A program made the translations under genes and the position numbers. A DNA stretch of 64,000 nt from Deltaproteobacteria bacterium (GTDB taxonomy: Bacteria > Desulfobacterota > Desulfobaccia > Desulfobaccales > 0-14-0-80-60-11), in NCBI GenBank assembly GCA_021813445.1, contig JAKAKP010000059.1, forward strand, positions 20,002-84,001. Reading direction: 5' to 3'. Every line of letters begins with the position of its first letter. Positions within the stretch are counted from its first letter, which is position 1. The notes under the pieces are model-generated. The model saw only the letters and a program-made list of their open reading frames with translations, did no database searches and was not told the origin of the DNA. Shown one piece after another: positions 9,901 through 18,358 of the stretch.

Positions 9901-10608
9901 GTGGTTGATATCTTAGGGCATCGGGGCGCGGCGGCTGAGGCGCCGGAAAACACCCTGCGCGGTTTCCAGCGGGGCCTGGATTTGGGCGTGGCCGGGATGG
10001 AGTTGGACGTGCAGTTGACCAAGGAGGGCCGGCTGGCCGTGATCCACGATGCCACCGTGGACCGCACCACCAACGGTCGCGGCCGGGTGCGGGATTTCAC
10101 CCTGGCGGCACTGCAAAAGCTCGATGCCGGCCAAGGCGAGCACATCCCCGAATTGGAAGAAGTGGTGGAGCTGGTCCGGGGCCGGGCCTATCTGTTGGTG
10201 GAACTGAAACAAACGGAAGCCGCGCCCGCACTGCTGCGCTTCTGCCAGGAACGGCGCCTGTTTGGGGAGGTCCGCATCATCTCTTTCTGGCACCCGGCGG
10301 TCAAAGCGCTCAAGGAACAGGAGCCCAGGCTGCAAACCGGCGTCCTCATGGTAGGCTGCCCCGCTGACCCCGCCGGCCTGGCCCGGGCGGCCCAGGCCGG
10401 CACCCTGGTCCTCAACTATCAGTACGTCAACCGGGAACTGGTGGACGCGGCCCATCGCCAGGGGCTGAAAGTCAGCATCTGGAATATCGACGCCCCGGAA
10501 ATCCTGGATACTTATTTGGAAATGAACCCGGATGCCATTTGCACCAACCGGCCCGGGGAGATTATGGGTTATTTGCGGAAAGGTCGTATGGAAGGAGGGT
10601 CGGGGTAG
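9901..10608 (+). CDS. Glycerophosphodiester phosphodiesterase (GDPD family)
   Basis: VVDILGHRGAAAEAPENTL...GMELDVQLTKEGRLAVIHD, GDPD catalytic signature. Start placed at GTG 9901, 4 nt after a strong AGGAGG (9891-9896); the track ORF starts at 9814. Confidence 0.85.
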   Translation: MVDILGHRGAAAEAPENTLRGFQRGLDLGVAGMELDVQLTKEGRLAVIHDATVDRTTNGRGRVRDFTLAALQKLDAGQGEHIPELEEVVELVRGRAYLLVELKQTEAAPALLRFCQERRLFGEVRIISFWHPAVKALKEQEPRLQTGVLMVGCPADPAGLARAAQAGTLVLNYQYVNRELVDAAHRQGLKVSIWNIDAPEILDTYLEMNPDAICTNRPGEIMGYLRKGRMEGGSG

Positions 10609-10905
10609 AAAAGGGGCCAGGGACCAGGGGTCAGGGATTAGGGGCCAGTAATCAGTGATGGGGCAGGAGTTCCCCCCGCCTCAGGAAGTCATTTCACCCC
10701 TTTTTTGCAGTCGTCTTGGCTCAGCAATGAAGATTTGACCCGGGAAAGAATTCCCCCCCCCTTTTCTAAAGGGGGGGAAGGGGGGGATTATGCAGGTGCC
10801 ACATAATCCCCTGATATTCCCCCTTTTCCAAAGTGGGACTTAAAAAACCTTGATCGCATTACATACTACCGGCACAGGCTGGAAAGCCACTGCCAACAGG
10901 AAATT

Positions 10906-13584
10906 ATGGATGACCTCATGGAAACCCTGACGGCCCAACTGGCCCGAGTGGCCCAAGAAGCCGCTGATCGAGTCTGCCTGCTCCACCGGCAAGGCGACGT
11001 GGTGCGGGAGTATACTTACGGCCAGCTTTACCGGGGCAGCCTGGCCATGGCCCGATGGCTTCAGGCCCAGGGGGTGGAGCCGGGGGACCGGGTGGCCATC
11101 CTGTTGGAGAACCGGCCGGAGTGGCCCCTGAGTTATTTCGGCATACTCCTGGCGGGCGCGGTGGCCGTGCCCCTGGACCCGGTCTCCCGCTGGGATTTTC
11201 TGTCTTATGCCCTGGAGCAGACCCGGGCCCGGGTCATTTTCACCTTTCTCCAGGCGCCTCTGTCCCAGTTGCAGCAGCTCCCGTTTTTAGAGAAGATCGT
11301 GGTGGTGGGGGAAACCGGGGAAGCGGGCGGGAAAATCATTAATTTCCCAGAAATCCTGGAAACGCCTGGAAGCGAAAAAGGCCTGCCCGCCGCGGGGCCT
11401 GACGATTTGGCCTCTATCATTTATACTTCGGGCACCACCGGCATTCCCAAAGGCGTGATGCTCACCCACCGGAATTTTTGGGCCAACTGCCGGGAGATCG
11501 CCAAGCTTAACGCCATCCGGCCGGGTGACAACTTCCTCTCCATCCTGCCCCTGCATCATGCCTTTCCCTTTACCGGCACTCTGCTGCTCCCCCTCTTTTC
11601 CCAGGCGCGGATTACCTATCTGGATACCTTGAAGGCCGAGGCCATTCTGAGATGCATCAAAGAGCAGCAGGTCACCATCCTGGTGGTCACCCCCCAGGTG
11701 CTGCAGCACTTTTATCAGGGTTTCGAGAGGCGCTTGCAACAAATTCCCTGGCCGTTGCGGCCCTTGATAATGGCCTATCTTAATTGGGGGTGGCGGATGT
11801 CGCGGCTTGCGGGGATAAATCCGGCGCAGCCGTTAATCCAAAAATTCCGCCGCGCCCTGGGGGAACAGTTCCGGTTCTTTGTCAGCGGCGGGGCCAAGCT
11901 GCCGGAGACTCTGGGGGAGAGCCTGGCCCGCCTGGGATTTATGGTGCTGGAAGGTTACGGCCTGACGGAGACCGCACCGGTGGTCACCATCAACTGGCCT
12001 CCACCCCCTCGCTTCGGGTCTGCGGGCCGGCCCCTGGAGGGGGTAGGAGTAAGGATTCTCAACCCTGACGCCGACGGCGTGGGGGAGGTTCTCATCCGGG
12101 GCGACAACGTCATGGCCGGGTATTATCAAAACGAGGCCGCCACCCGGGAGGTCCTGGAAGACGGCTGGTTTCACAGCGGTGACCTGGGCTATATCGACCC
12201 GGATGGGTATCTCTTCATCCAGGCCCGGATTAAGGACATCATCGTCCTGGCCTCCGGCAAGAACGTCTCCTCCGAGGAAGTGGCCCAGCACTACCTCCAG
12301 GCCCCTTCGATCAAAGAAATTTTCGTGACCACCGACGCCCGGGGCGAGAAACTGGCGGCACTGGTGGTGCCGGACCTGGCCTTTTTCCGGGAGATCGGGG
12401 AAACGGATATTTACGGCAAGGTGAAGTGGGACCTGGACGTGCTCTCCCGGGATCTGGAGCCATACAAGCGGGTCAAAGAGATCGTCCTCAGCCCAGAGGA
12501 ACTGCCCAAGACCCGGTTGGGAAAGACCAAAAGATACGAAGCCCAGCGCCTTTATCAGGAGCGGACCGGCAAGCGCCTGGAAAAGAAAAAACTGGCCGTG
12601 GAAGAAGGCTTATCCCCGGTTGGCGTGGCGGTGGTGGAAATTCTGGCCGGACAAATCGGGGATGCCCGCATCTCCCTGGACGACCACCTGGAGCTGGATC
12701 TGGGGATGGATTCCCTGGGCCTGGTGGAACTTATGGCCGCCCTGGAGGGGCGGTTCCATCTCAAGATCCGGGACGATGAATTTACCGGGATACTCACGGT
12801 TAAAGAGCTGATAGAATTTATTGAAAAGAAGGAGCCGGAACCCGCCAGGGAGCCCGAGGAAGGGATCGCGGCCTGGGATACGATACTGAGGACTGAGCCG
12901 CCACCGGAACTGCTGCGGCGCATCGGCATGAACGGGGGGCTGGCGGCCCGCCTGGTCACTAAAGGCTTGGCGCTGGCGCTGGGCCTCTGGTTCAAAAAGA
13001 TGTTCCACATCCAGGTGGCCGGCCAGGAACGGCTGCGGGATGGGGGCTATATTCTTTGCCCCAACCATAACAGTTTCCTGGACGGCTTCCTCATTGCCCA
13101 TGCGGTGGGACTCCTGCGCCACCACCTCTTTTCCCTGGGTTACAGCCGCTATTTCGAGGCCCCCCTGGTCCGGAACCTCAGCAAGCAGATCCGCATCATC
13201 CCGGTGGATTCGGCCCGGAACGTGGTGGCCGCCATGCAGGTGGCGTCTTATATTCTCCGAAACGGACAGATTTTATGCGTTTTTCCCGAGGGCTCCCGGA
13301 GCCCCAGCGGCAGAGTCCTGCCCTTTAAAAAAGGCGCGGCTATTTTGGCGAAAGAGTTGGAGGTGAAGCTGGTTCCGGTTTATATTCAAGGCTCCTATGA
13401 AGCCTGGCCCACCGGCGTCACCTGGCCCCGGCCCCATCCCATCCGGGTGGTCTTCGGCCGGGAATATTCCTGGGCGGAGCTGAGAGAGCAGGGCCTGAAG
13501 ATCGCGCTGCAGGCCGACGACTACGAAGCCATCAGCCTGGGCCTGCGGCAGGAGGTCTTGCGGCTGCAGGAGGGGCTGGAGTAG
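10906..13584 (+). CDS. Tri-domain fusion: acyl-CoA/acyl-ACP synthetase (AMP-binding) + phosphopantetheine carrier domain + PlsC-type acyltransferase
   Basis: AMP motif IIYTSGTTGIPKGVMLTHRN. Carrier-domain serine motif LGMDSLGLVELMAALE. Acyltransferase HX4D (CPNHNSFLDGF) and FPEGSRS motifs. Hydrophobic segment between the carrier and acyltransferase domains. Confidence 0.85.
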   Translation: MDDLMETLTAQLARVAQEAADRVCLLHRQGDVVREYTYGQLYRGSLAMARWLQAQGVEPGDRVAILLENRPEWPLSYFGILLAGAVAVPLDPVSRWDFLSYALEQTRARVIFTFLQAPLSQLQQLPFLEKIVVVGETGEAGGKIINFPEILETPGSEKGLPAAGPDDLASIIYTSGTTGIPKGVMLTHRNFWANCREIAKLNAIRPGDNFLSILPLHHAFPFTGTLLLPLFSQARITYLDTLKAEAILRCIKEQQVTILVVTPQVLQHFYQGFERRLQQIPWPLRPLIMAYLNWGWRMSRLAGINPAQPLIQKFRRALGEQFRFFVSGGAKLPETLGESLARLGFMVLEGYGLTETAPVVTINWPPPPRFGSAGRPLEGVGVRILNPDADGVGEVLIRGDNVMAGYYQNEAATREVLEDGWFHSGDLGYIDPDGYLFIQARIKDIIVLASGKNVSSEEVAQHYLQAPSIKEIFVTTDARGEKLAALVVPDLAFFREIGETDIYGKVKWDLDVLSRDLEPYKRVKEIVLSPEELPKTRLGKTKRYEAQRLYQERTGKRLEKKKLAVEEGLSPVGVAVVEILAGQIGDARISLDDHLELDLGMDSLGLVELMAALEGRFHLKIRDDEFTGILTVKELIEFIEKKEPEPAREPEEGIAAWDTILRTEPPPELLRRIGMNGGLAARLVTKGLALALGLWFKKMFHIQVAGQERLRDGGYILCPNHNSFLDGFLIAHAVGLLRHHLFSLGYSRYFEAPLVRNLSKQIRIIPVDSARNVVAAMQVASYILRNGQILCVFPEGSRSPSGRVLPFKKGAAILAKELEVKLVPVYIQGSYEAWPTGVTWPRPHPIRVVFGREYSWAELREQGLKIALQADDYEAISLGLRQEVLRLQEGLE

Positions 13585-13951
13585 GGGCCAGGGGTCAGGG
13601 GTTAGGAATAGTGGTCAGTGGCCAGTGGTAAGTGGGCAGTTTTATAGGGCGGCCCACGGCCGCCGAAACAGGAATGCTGCTGCTCAATCAAGCAGTTGTT
13701 CAGAGTTCAGGTTAGTGGACAGTAATCAGAAATCAGTAGCCAGTGGCCAGTAAGCAGGGAGAAACTTCATTTTGCCAGAAATTGTCATTCTGAGCGCCGC
13801 GAAGAATCTAGTCTTTGCAAACGCTAGACCCTTCGCTCCGCTCAGGGTGACAGAATAAGGGCGTTCTGCAATAGCTTCCAGGATTTTTTTAACCGAAAAC
13901 CGAAAACCGAAACCTGACCACTGATCACTAATATTTCTGAAGGGATAAATC
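13585..13951. repeat. Repeat-rich intergenic region (degenerate GGTCAGG/CAGTGG motifs, long imperfect hairpin, CGAAAAC x3)
   Basis: ggggccaggggtcaggggttagg...gtggtcagtggccagtgg at the left. Reverse-complement copy (gatcagtggtcagg) at the right, after aaccgaaaaccgaaaaccgaaacc. Hairpin tgtcattctgagcg...cgctcagggtgaca at about 13784-13851. A related GGTCAGG tract sits at 10611-10672. Confidence 0.7.
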
Positions 13952-15877
13952 ATGGCAAAGACCATCGTCGAACAAATCATGGCCGCCCACCTGGTGTCCG
14001 GGGAGCTGGTCCCCGGCGCGGAAGTGGCCCTGAAGATTGATCAGACCCTGACCCAGGACGCCACCGGCACCCTGGCCTATTTGGAGTTTGAGGCCATGGG
14101 GGTGGACCGGGTCAAAACCGAGCTGTCGGTGAGCTATGTGGATCACAACCTGTTGCAGACGGATTTCCGCAACGCCGACGACCACCGGTTTTTGAAGACC
14201 ATCGCCGCTAAATACGGGATCTACTTCTCGCCGCCGGGCAACGGCATCTGCCACCAGGTGCACCTGGAGCGCTTCGGGGCGCCGGGCCAGACCCTCATCG
14301 GCTCGGACAGCCACACCCCCACCGCCGGGGGCGTGGGCATGCTCTCCTTCGGGGCCGGGGGGCTGGACGTGGCCCTGGCCATGGCCGGCCAGCCCTTTAA
14401 CCTGGTGATGCCAGAGGTCCTCGGGGTGCGCCTGGAAGGTCGGTTCCAGCCCTGGGTCTCGGCCAAGGATGTGATCCTGGAGCTGCTGCGGCGCCTGACG
14501 GTGAAAGGGGGGCGGGGCAAGATCCTGGAGTTCTTCGGGCCCGCGCTCCGCTATCTGACGGTGCCGGAGCGGGCCTCCATCACCAACATGGGTACGGAAC
14601 TGGGGGCCACCACCTCCATCTTCCCCGCGGACGCCCAGACGCAAAGGTTTTTGGCCCTCCAGGGCCGGGTTGAGGATTACCGGCCCGTGAAAGCCCAGGG
14701 CCAGCCCCAATATGCCGGGGTGGAGAAGATCGATCTCGGGCGTCTGGACCCCCTCATTGCCGGTCCGGGTTCCCCGGACCACGTCACCGGGGTCCAGGAA
14801 GTGGCAGGCACCCCGGTGGACCAGGTGCTCATCGGCTCCTGCGCCAACTCGTCCTTTAGGGATCTGATGGTCATCGCCCGGGCTTTAAAAGACCGGCGGG
14901 TGCACCCCCGGGTGTCCATGGAAATCAATCCCGGCTCCTTGCAGGTCTTGGAAAACCTGGACCTCTCCGGCGCCCTGCTGACGTTGCTCAAGGCCGGAGT
15001 GCGGGTGATGCCGCCGGGCTGCTGGGGCTGCATCGGCATGGGCCAGGCCCCGGCCACCGGCGCGGTGAGTGTCCGCACCTTTACCCGGAATTTCCCTGCC
15101 AGAAGCGGCACCAAGGACGACAAGGTCTATCTGGCCAGCCCCGAGACCGCAGTGGCCGCGGCCATTGCCGGGGAAATCATCGATCCCCGGAAACTGGGGG
15201 ACTATCCCCGGGTGGCCCCGCCCCGCTACTTCCTGGTGAACAGCCGGGGCCTGACGGCCCCGCTGCCCCCGGCGGAGAGCCGCAAAGTGGAGGTGCTCCG
15301 GGGCCCCAATATCGTGGCCTTCCCCCGGTTGTCCGGCCTGCCGGATTCCTGGTGCGGCGAAGTCTGGCTCAAAGCCGGGGACAATGTCACCACCGACGAC
15401 ATCCTGCCCGCGGGCAGCCAGATTCTGCCGCTCCGCAGCAATCTCCCGGCCATCAGCCGTTTTGCGTTCACTCGCCTGGACCCGGATTTTCCGGAGCGCG
15501 TCCAGGGCCGGGGGGAAGGGGCCATCATCGGCGGCGAAAACTACGGCCAGGGCTCCAGCCGGGAACACGCGGCCCTGGCGCCCCGCTTCCTGGGGGTGCG
15601 GGTGAAACTGGTGAAGAGCTTCGCCCGCATCCACCTAGCCAACCTCATTAATTTCGGCATCCTGCCCCTGACCTTTGAGAACCCCGGGGATTACGACCTC
15701 CTGGCCCTGGGCAAGACTCTGGAACTGCCCGGCGTCCGCAAACTCCTACTGGAGGGCGCGGAGCGCCTGCCGCTCAAGGTGGACGGCCACCAGATCTGGG
15801 TGCGGGTGGACCTCTCTGCCCGGCAGCGGCGGATGCTGGCCGTGGGCGGAGCCTTGAATCTTGCCAAGAAAGGTTAA
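13952..15877 (+). CDS. Aconitate hydratase (short, about 640-aa fused aconitase type)
   Basis: IDQTLTQDATG, GSDSHTPTAGG, IGSCANSS and CWGCIGMG Fe-S ligand motifs, plus a C-terminal swivel domain (GENYGQGSSREHAA). Confidence 0.9.
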   Translation: MAKTIVEQIMAAHLVSGELVPGAEVALKIDQTLTQDATGTLAYLEFEAMGVDRVKTELSVSYVDHNLLQTDFRNADDHRFLKTIAAKYGIYFSPPGNGICHQVHLERFGAPGQTLIGSDSHTPTAGGVGMLSFGAGGLDVALAMAGQPFNLVMPEVLGVRLEGRFQPWVSAKDVILELLRRLTVKGGRGKILEFFGPALRYLTVPERASITNMGTELGATTSIFPADAQTQRFLALQGRVEDYRPVKAQGQPQYAGVEKIDLGRLDPLIAGPGSPDHVTGVQEVAGTPVDQVLIGSCANSSFRDLMVIARALKDRRVHPRVSMEINPGSLQVLENLDLSGALLTLLKAGVRVMPPGCWGCIGMGQAPATGAVSVRTFTRNFPARSGTKDDKVYLASPETAVAAAIAGEIIDPRKLGDYPRVAPPRYFLVNSRGLTAPLPPAESRKVEVLRGPNIVAFPRLSGLPDSWCGEVWLKAGDNVTTDDILPAGSQILPLRSNLPAISRFAFTRLDPDFPERVQGRGEGAIIGGENYGQGSSREHAALAPRFLGVRVKLVKSFARIHLANLINFGILPLTFENPGDYDLLALGKTLELPGVRKLLLEGAERLPLKVDGHQIWVRVDLSARQRRMLAVGGALNLAKKG

Positions 15878-15883
15878 AGACAG

Positions 15884-15918
15884 CTCACGCAAAGACGCGA
15901 AGGCGCCAAGGCGCAAGG
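15884..15918. repeat. Left inverted repeat flanking the GxxExxY gene
   Basis: ctcacgcaaagacgcgaaggcgccaaggcgcaagg. Its near-perfect reverse complement lies at 16374-16406. Confidence 0.8.
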
Positions 15919-15921
15919 CAT

Positions 15922-16311
15922 ATGGAAAGGACTGAAAACGAGCTGGCGCGAGAGATCGTAGATGCCTCTTATAAGGTCCATAGTACTCTGGGGCCCGGGC
16001 TCCTGGAATCGGTATACGAAACGATTTTGTGCCATGAGCTGCAAAAGCGTGGATTAAGAGTTGCCAGGCAAGTTCCTCTTCCCGTGATTTATGAAAACCT
16101 TAGCTTTGATGAAGGGTATCGGGCGGACCTCATCGTCGATGGGAAGGTAATTGTGGAACTGAAATCTGTTGAAACGATTGCCCCGGTGCACAAAAAACAA
16201 CTTTTAACCTATTTGCGGCTTGCCGGCGTGCGCCTCGGCTTGCTGATTAATTTCGGCGAAGCCTTGATCAAACACGGAATTACGCGAGTGGTTAACGGCT
16301 TGCCGGAATAA
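15922..16311 (+). CDS. GxxExxY family protein (PD-(D/E)XK-like)
   Basis: 129 aa. YRADLIVDGKVIVELKSVETI...HKKQLLTYLRL...GLLINFG, typical of the GxxExxY family. Confidence 0.85.
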   Translation: MERTENELAREIVDASYKVHSTLGPGLLESVYETILCHELQKRGLRVARQVPLPVIYENLSFDEGYRADLIVDGKVIVELKSVETIAPVHKKQLLTYLRLAGVRLGLLINFGEALIKHGITRVVNGLPE

Positions 16312-16373
16312 GGGACGAAAACCTAGTCACGCAAAGACGCTAAGGCACAACGGCTTGAGTATAATTGATAATT

Positions 16374-16406
16374 TTGCGTCTTGGCGCCTTTGCGTCTTGG
16401 CGTGAG
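16374..16406. repeat. Right inverted repeat flanking the GxxExxY gene
   Basis: ttgcgtcttggcgcctttgcgtcttggcgtgag is the reverse complement of the left repeat with a few mismatches. An extra partial direct copy (tcacgcaaagacgctaaggcac) lies at about 16326-16353. Confidence 0.8.
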
Positions 16407-16408
16407 AA

Positions 16409-16458
16409 TAAAAAAAAGGGAACCCCAGATCTGACCCGGCGGTTCCCTATTTTTTTTT
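16409..16458. terminator. Bidirectional rho-independent terminator
   Basis: A-run, stem agggaacc (16417-16424) / ggttccct (16441-16448), then T-run 16450-16458. It lies between convergent genes (GxxExxY on plus, usp on minus). Confidence 0.6.
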
Positions 16459-16481
16459 CAGCAAACCTCGGTCTGGAATGA

Positions 16482-16961
16482 TCAACCTACCCCAGGGGTG
16501 GCGAAATAGACTTCCTTCAGCAGCGGCGGTTTGAATTCGATCACCCGGAAGAGGAGGACCGGCACGGTGGCGTGGCTCACCACCTTTTCCGCGGTGCTGC
16601 CGATGACCCAGGCCACTTCGCCGGTGCCGTGGGTGGCCATGGCAATGAGGTCCATCTTGTTTTTATCGGCGTAATCGATAATTTCCCGGGCCGGCACGCC
16701 ATCCTTGCAGACCGTGCTGACATCCAGGCCCTGGGCCTTGAGGTCAGCGGCAACTTTTCCCAAGAAAGTGGCGCACCATTTCTCTTCATGGACGGCCGCG
16801 GCTTTCATGGTCCCCGGTGTAGTTTCGCCGATCGCAGGGGTATAGCAGACATGCATCACCGTTACCTGGGCTTTAAAGGTCTTGGCCATTTCCGTGACTT
16901 TGGGGAGGACCTTAGCCGCCAGTTCAGAACCATCTAAGGGTACCAAAATCTTATTAAACAT
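16482..16961 (-). CDS. Universal stress protein (UspA family)
   Basis: MFNKILVPLDGSELA...MATHGTGEVAWVIGSTAEKVVSHATVPVLLFR. Confidence 0.9.
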   Translation of the reverse strand: MFNKILVPLDGSELAAKVLPKVTEMAKTFKAQVTVMHVCYTPAIGETTPGTMKAAAVHEEKWCATFLGKVAADLKAQGLDVSTVCKDGVPAREIIDYADKNKMDLIAMATHGTGEVAWVIGSTAEKVVSHATVPVLLFRVIEFKPPLLKEVYFATPGVG

Positions 16962-17085
16962 GTTGCCCTCCTGTGTGGGATAACTTGCGCGGGCCAGCCC
17001 TTACTGCCGCTTGCAGCCTCGCCTTCTTACTTAAAATTAGAATTGATTAATTAGTTGTCAAGTTCACAAGGAGGGGAAATCTAAG

Positions 17086-18096
17086 TTATTTTTCAGATTT
17101 TGCCGGAGGGCCGGTTTCTGCTTCCGGACGTTCGCTGCCCTTGTACAGACCCCGCTGCAGGACGCGGTGATAGCTGGTGAAATCGCCCGCGGTATTATCG
17201 CTCTCCAGATGCATGTCCATCATTTTCAGCTTGGCGTCCAGATCATCCAGATAATAGACCAGCATGGCTTCCCGGGTTTTGGGAGGGATAGGGGAGCCGA
17301 ATTCCTGGCTGCCGTGGTGGGAGAGGATGATATGCTCCAGTTCCAGGAGCAAACCCGGGTCAGGGAAATCTTGGGCCCGGGCTTCTTCCCGCACCATTTC
17401 CCAGCCCAGGACAATGTGACCCAAAAGCGCCCCGGCCACGGTGATGTCCGGGGCCTGGGGATTGGCCAGTTCCTTGACCTTGCCCAGGTCGTGGAGGATG
17501 GCCCCGGCCAGGACCAGGTCCGGATTCAGGTCCTGATAGACGGCCAGGGATTTGAGGGCATGGCGCGCCACGGACCAGGTGTGCTCCAGCAACCCTCCCA
17601 GGTAGGGGTGGTGGTAGACCCGGGCCGCGGGACAGACCAGGATTTGCTCTTGATATTTATCCAGCAAGGCCAGAACCAGGTCTTTGATGGGAGGGTGGAG
17701 ATTGGCCTCGGCCAGTTCCCGCAGTTCCTGCCAGAGCTCCTGGCGGTCATAAGGAGTGGCCCGGTGCAGGAGGTCCGGGGAGAATTCCTTGAGTTCCCGC
17801 CCCCGCTCCCGCAGGGCCTCCACAGTGTTGATATATTGGAGGGTCAGCTGGATTTCTCCTTTGTAGCTGCTCACCTGGGCCTGCACCCCCACGTAATCGC
17901 CCGGGGTAAAAGGGCCGGGGCATTTGGCCAGGACATCACTCCAGACCCGGGCCTCGATGTCCCCGGTCCTGTCCCCCAGGACCAGAGCCAGATAAGGTTT
18001 TCCGGATTTATCCGTGCGGGTCTCCACCCGGCGCACCAGGAAAAACTGGTGGAGGGTTTCACCTTCCTGCAAATCGGCGATGAAGTGGTGGTCCAC
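17086..18096 (-). CDS. OB-fold + HD-domain protein (YhaM-like 3'-5' exoribonuclease family)
   Basis: N-terminal OB fold (FLVRRVETRTDKSGKPYLALVLGDRTGDIEARVW), then an HD domain (LEHTWSV...AILHDLGK...ILSHHG). Confidence 0.75.
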   Translation of the reverse strand: MDHHFIADLQEGETLHQFFLVRRVETRTDKSGKPYLALVLGDRTGDIEARVWSDVLAKCPGPFTPGDYVGVQAQVSSYKGEIQLTLQYINTVEALRERGRELKEFSPDLLHRATPYDRQELWQELRELAEANLHPPIKDLVLALLDKYQEQILVCPAARVYHHPYLGGLLEHTWSVARHALKSLAVYQDLNPDLVLAGAILHDLGKVKELANPQAPDITVAGALLGHIVLGWEMVREEARAQDFPDPGLLLELEHIILSHHGSQEFGSPIPPKTREAMLVYYLDDLDAKLKMMDMHLESDNTAGDFTSYHRVLQRGLYKGSERPEAETGPPAKSEK

Positions 18097-18288
18097 GGCC
18101 TCCCCCTGAGATGGCTGGAGTCATGATACCCGCGGCGGGGGGTGCGGGTCAAGAATTGTTCGGGGGTCTCTATCCCGGGGAATTCTTGACAAGGGTACAA
18201 GGCGTAATTATCTTTAAATTGTTGGAAAATTTGCCGATAGAACCTAGACGGGATCGGTTATCGAGAAAAATGCACTTAACTTTTTTTC

Positions 18289-18316
18289 TTGACAACAATC
18301 TAATAGAAGGTAAAAT
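18289..18316 (+). promoter_or_regulatory. Candidate sigma-70 promoter (TTGACA-N16-TAAAAT) upstream of the sigma factor gene
   Basis: Consensus -35 at 18289-18294 and -10 at 18311-18316, about 40 nt upstream of ATG 18359. A second candidate TTGACA-N17-TATCTT lies at 18186-18214. Confidence 0.45.
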
Positions 18317-18358
18317 AAAAGTTTAAATTTTGGCGAGGAGCCACAGGAACGAAATTTC

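Noticed and set aside
13726-13980. 84-aa minus-strand ORF in the aconitase upstream region.
   Set aside because: Its sequence (…VTLSGAKGLAFAKTRFFAALRMT…WPLATDF) is the translation of the intergenic repeat and hairpin elements, and it overlaps the aconitase start.
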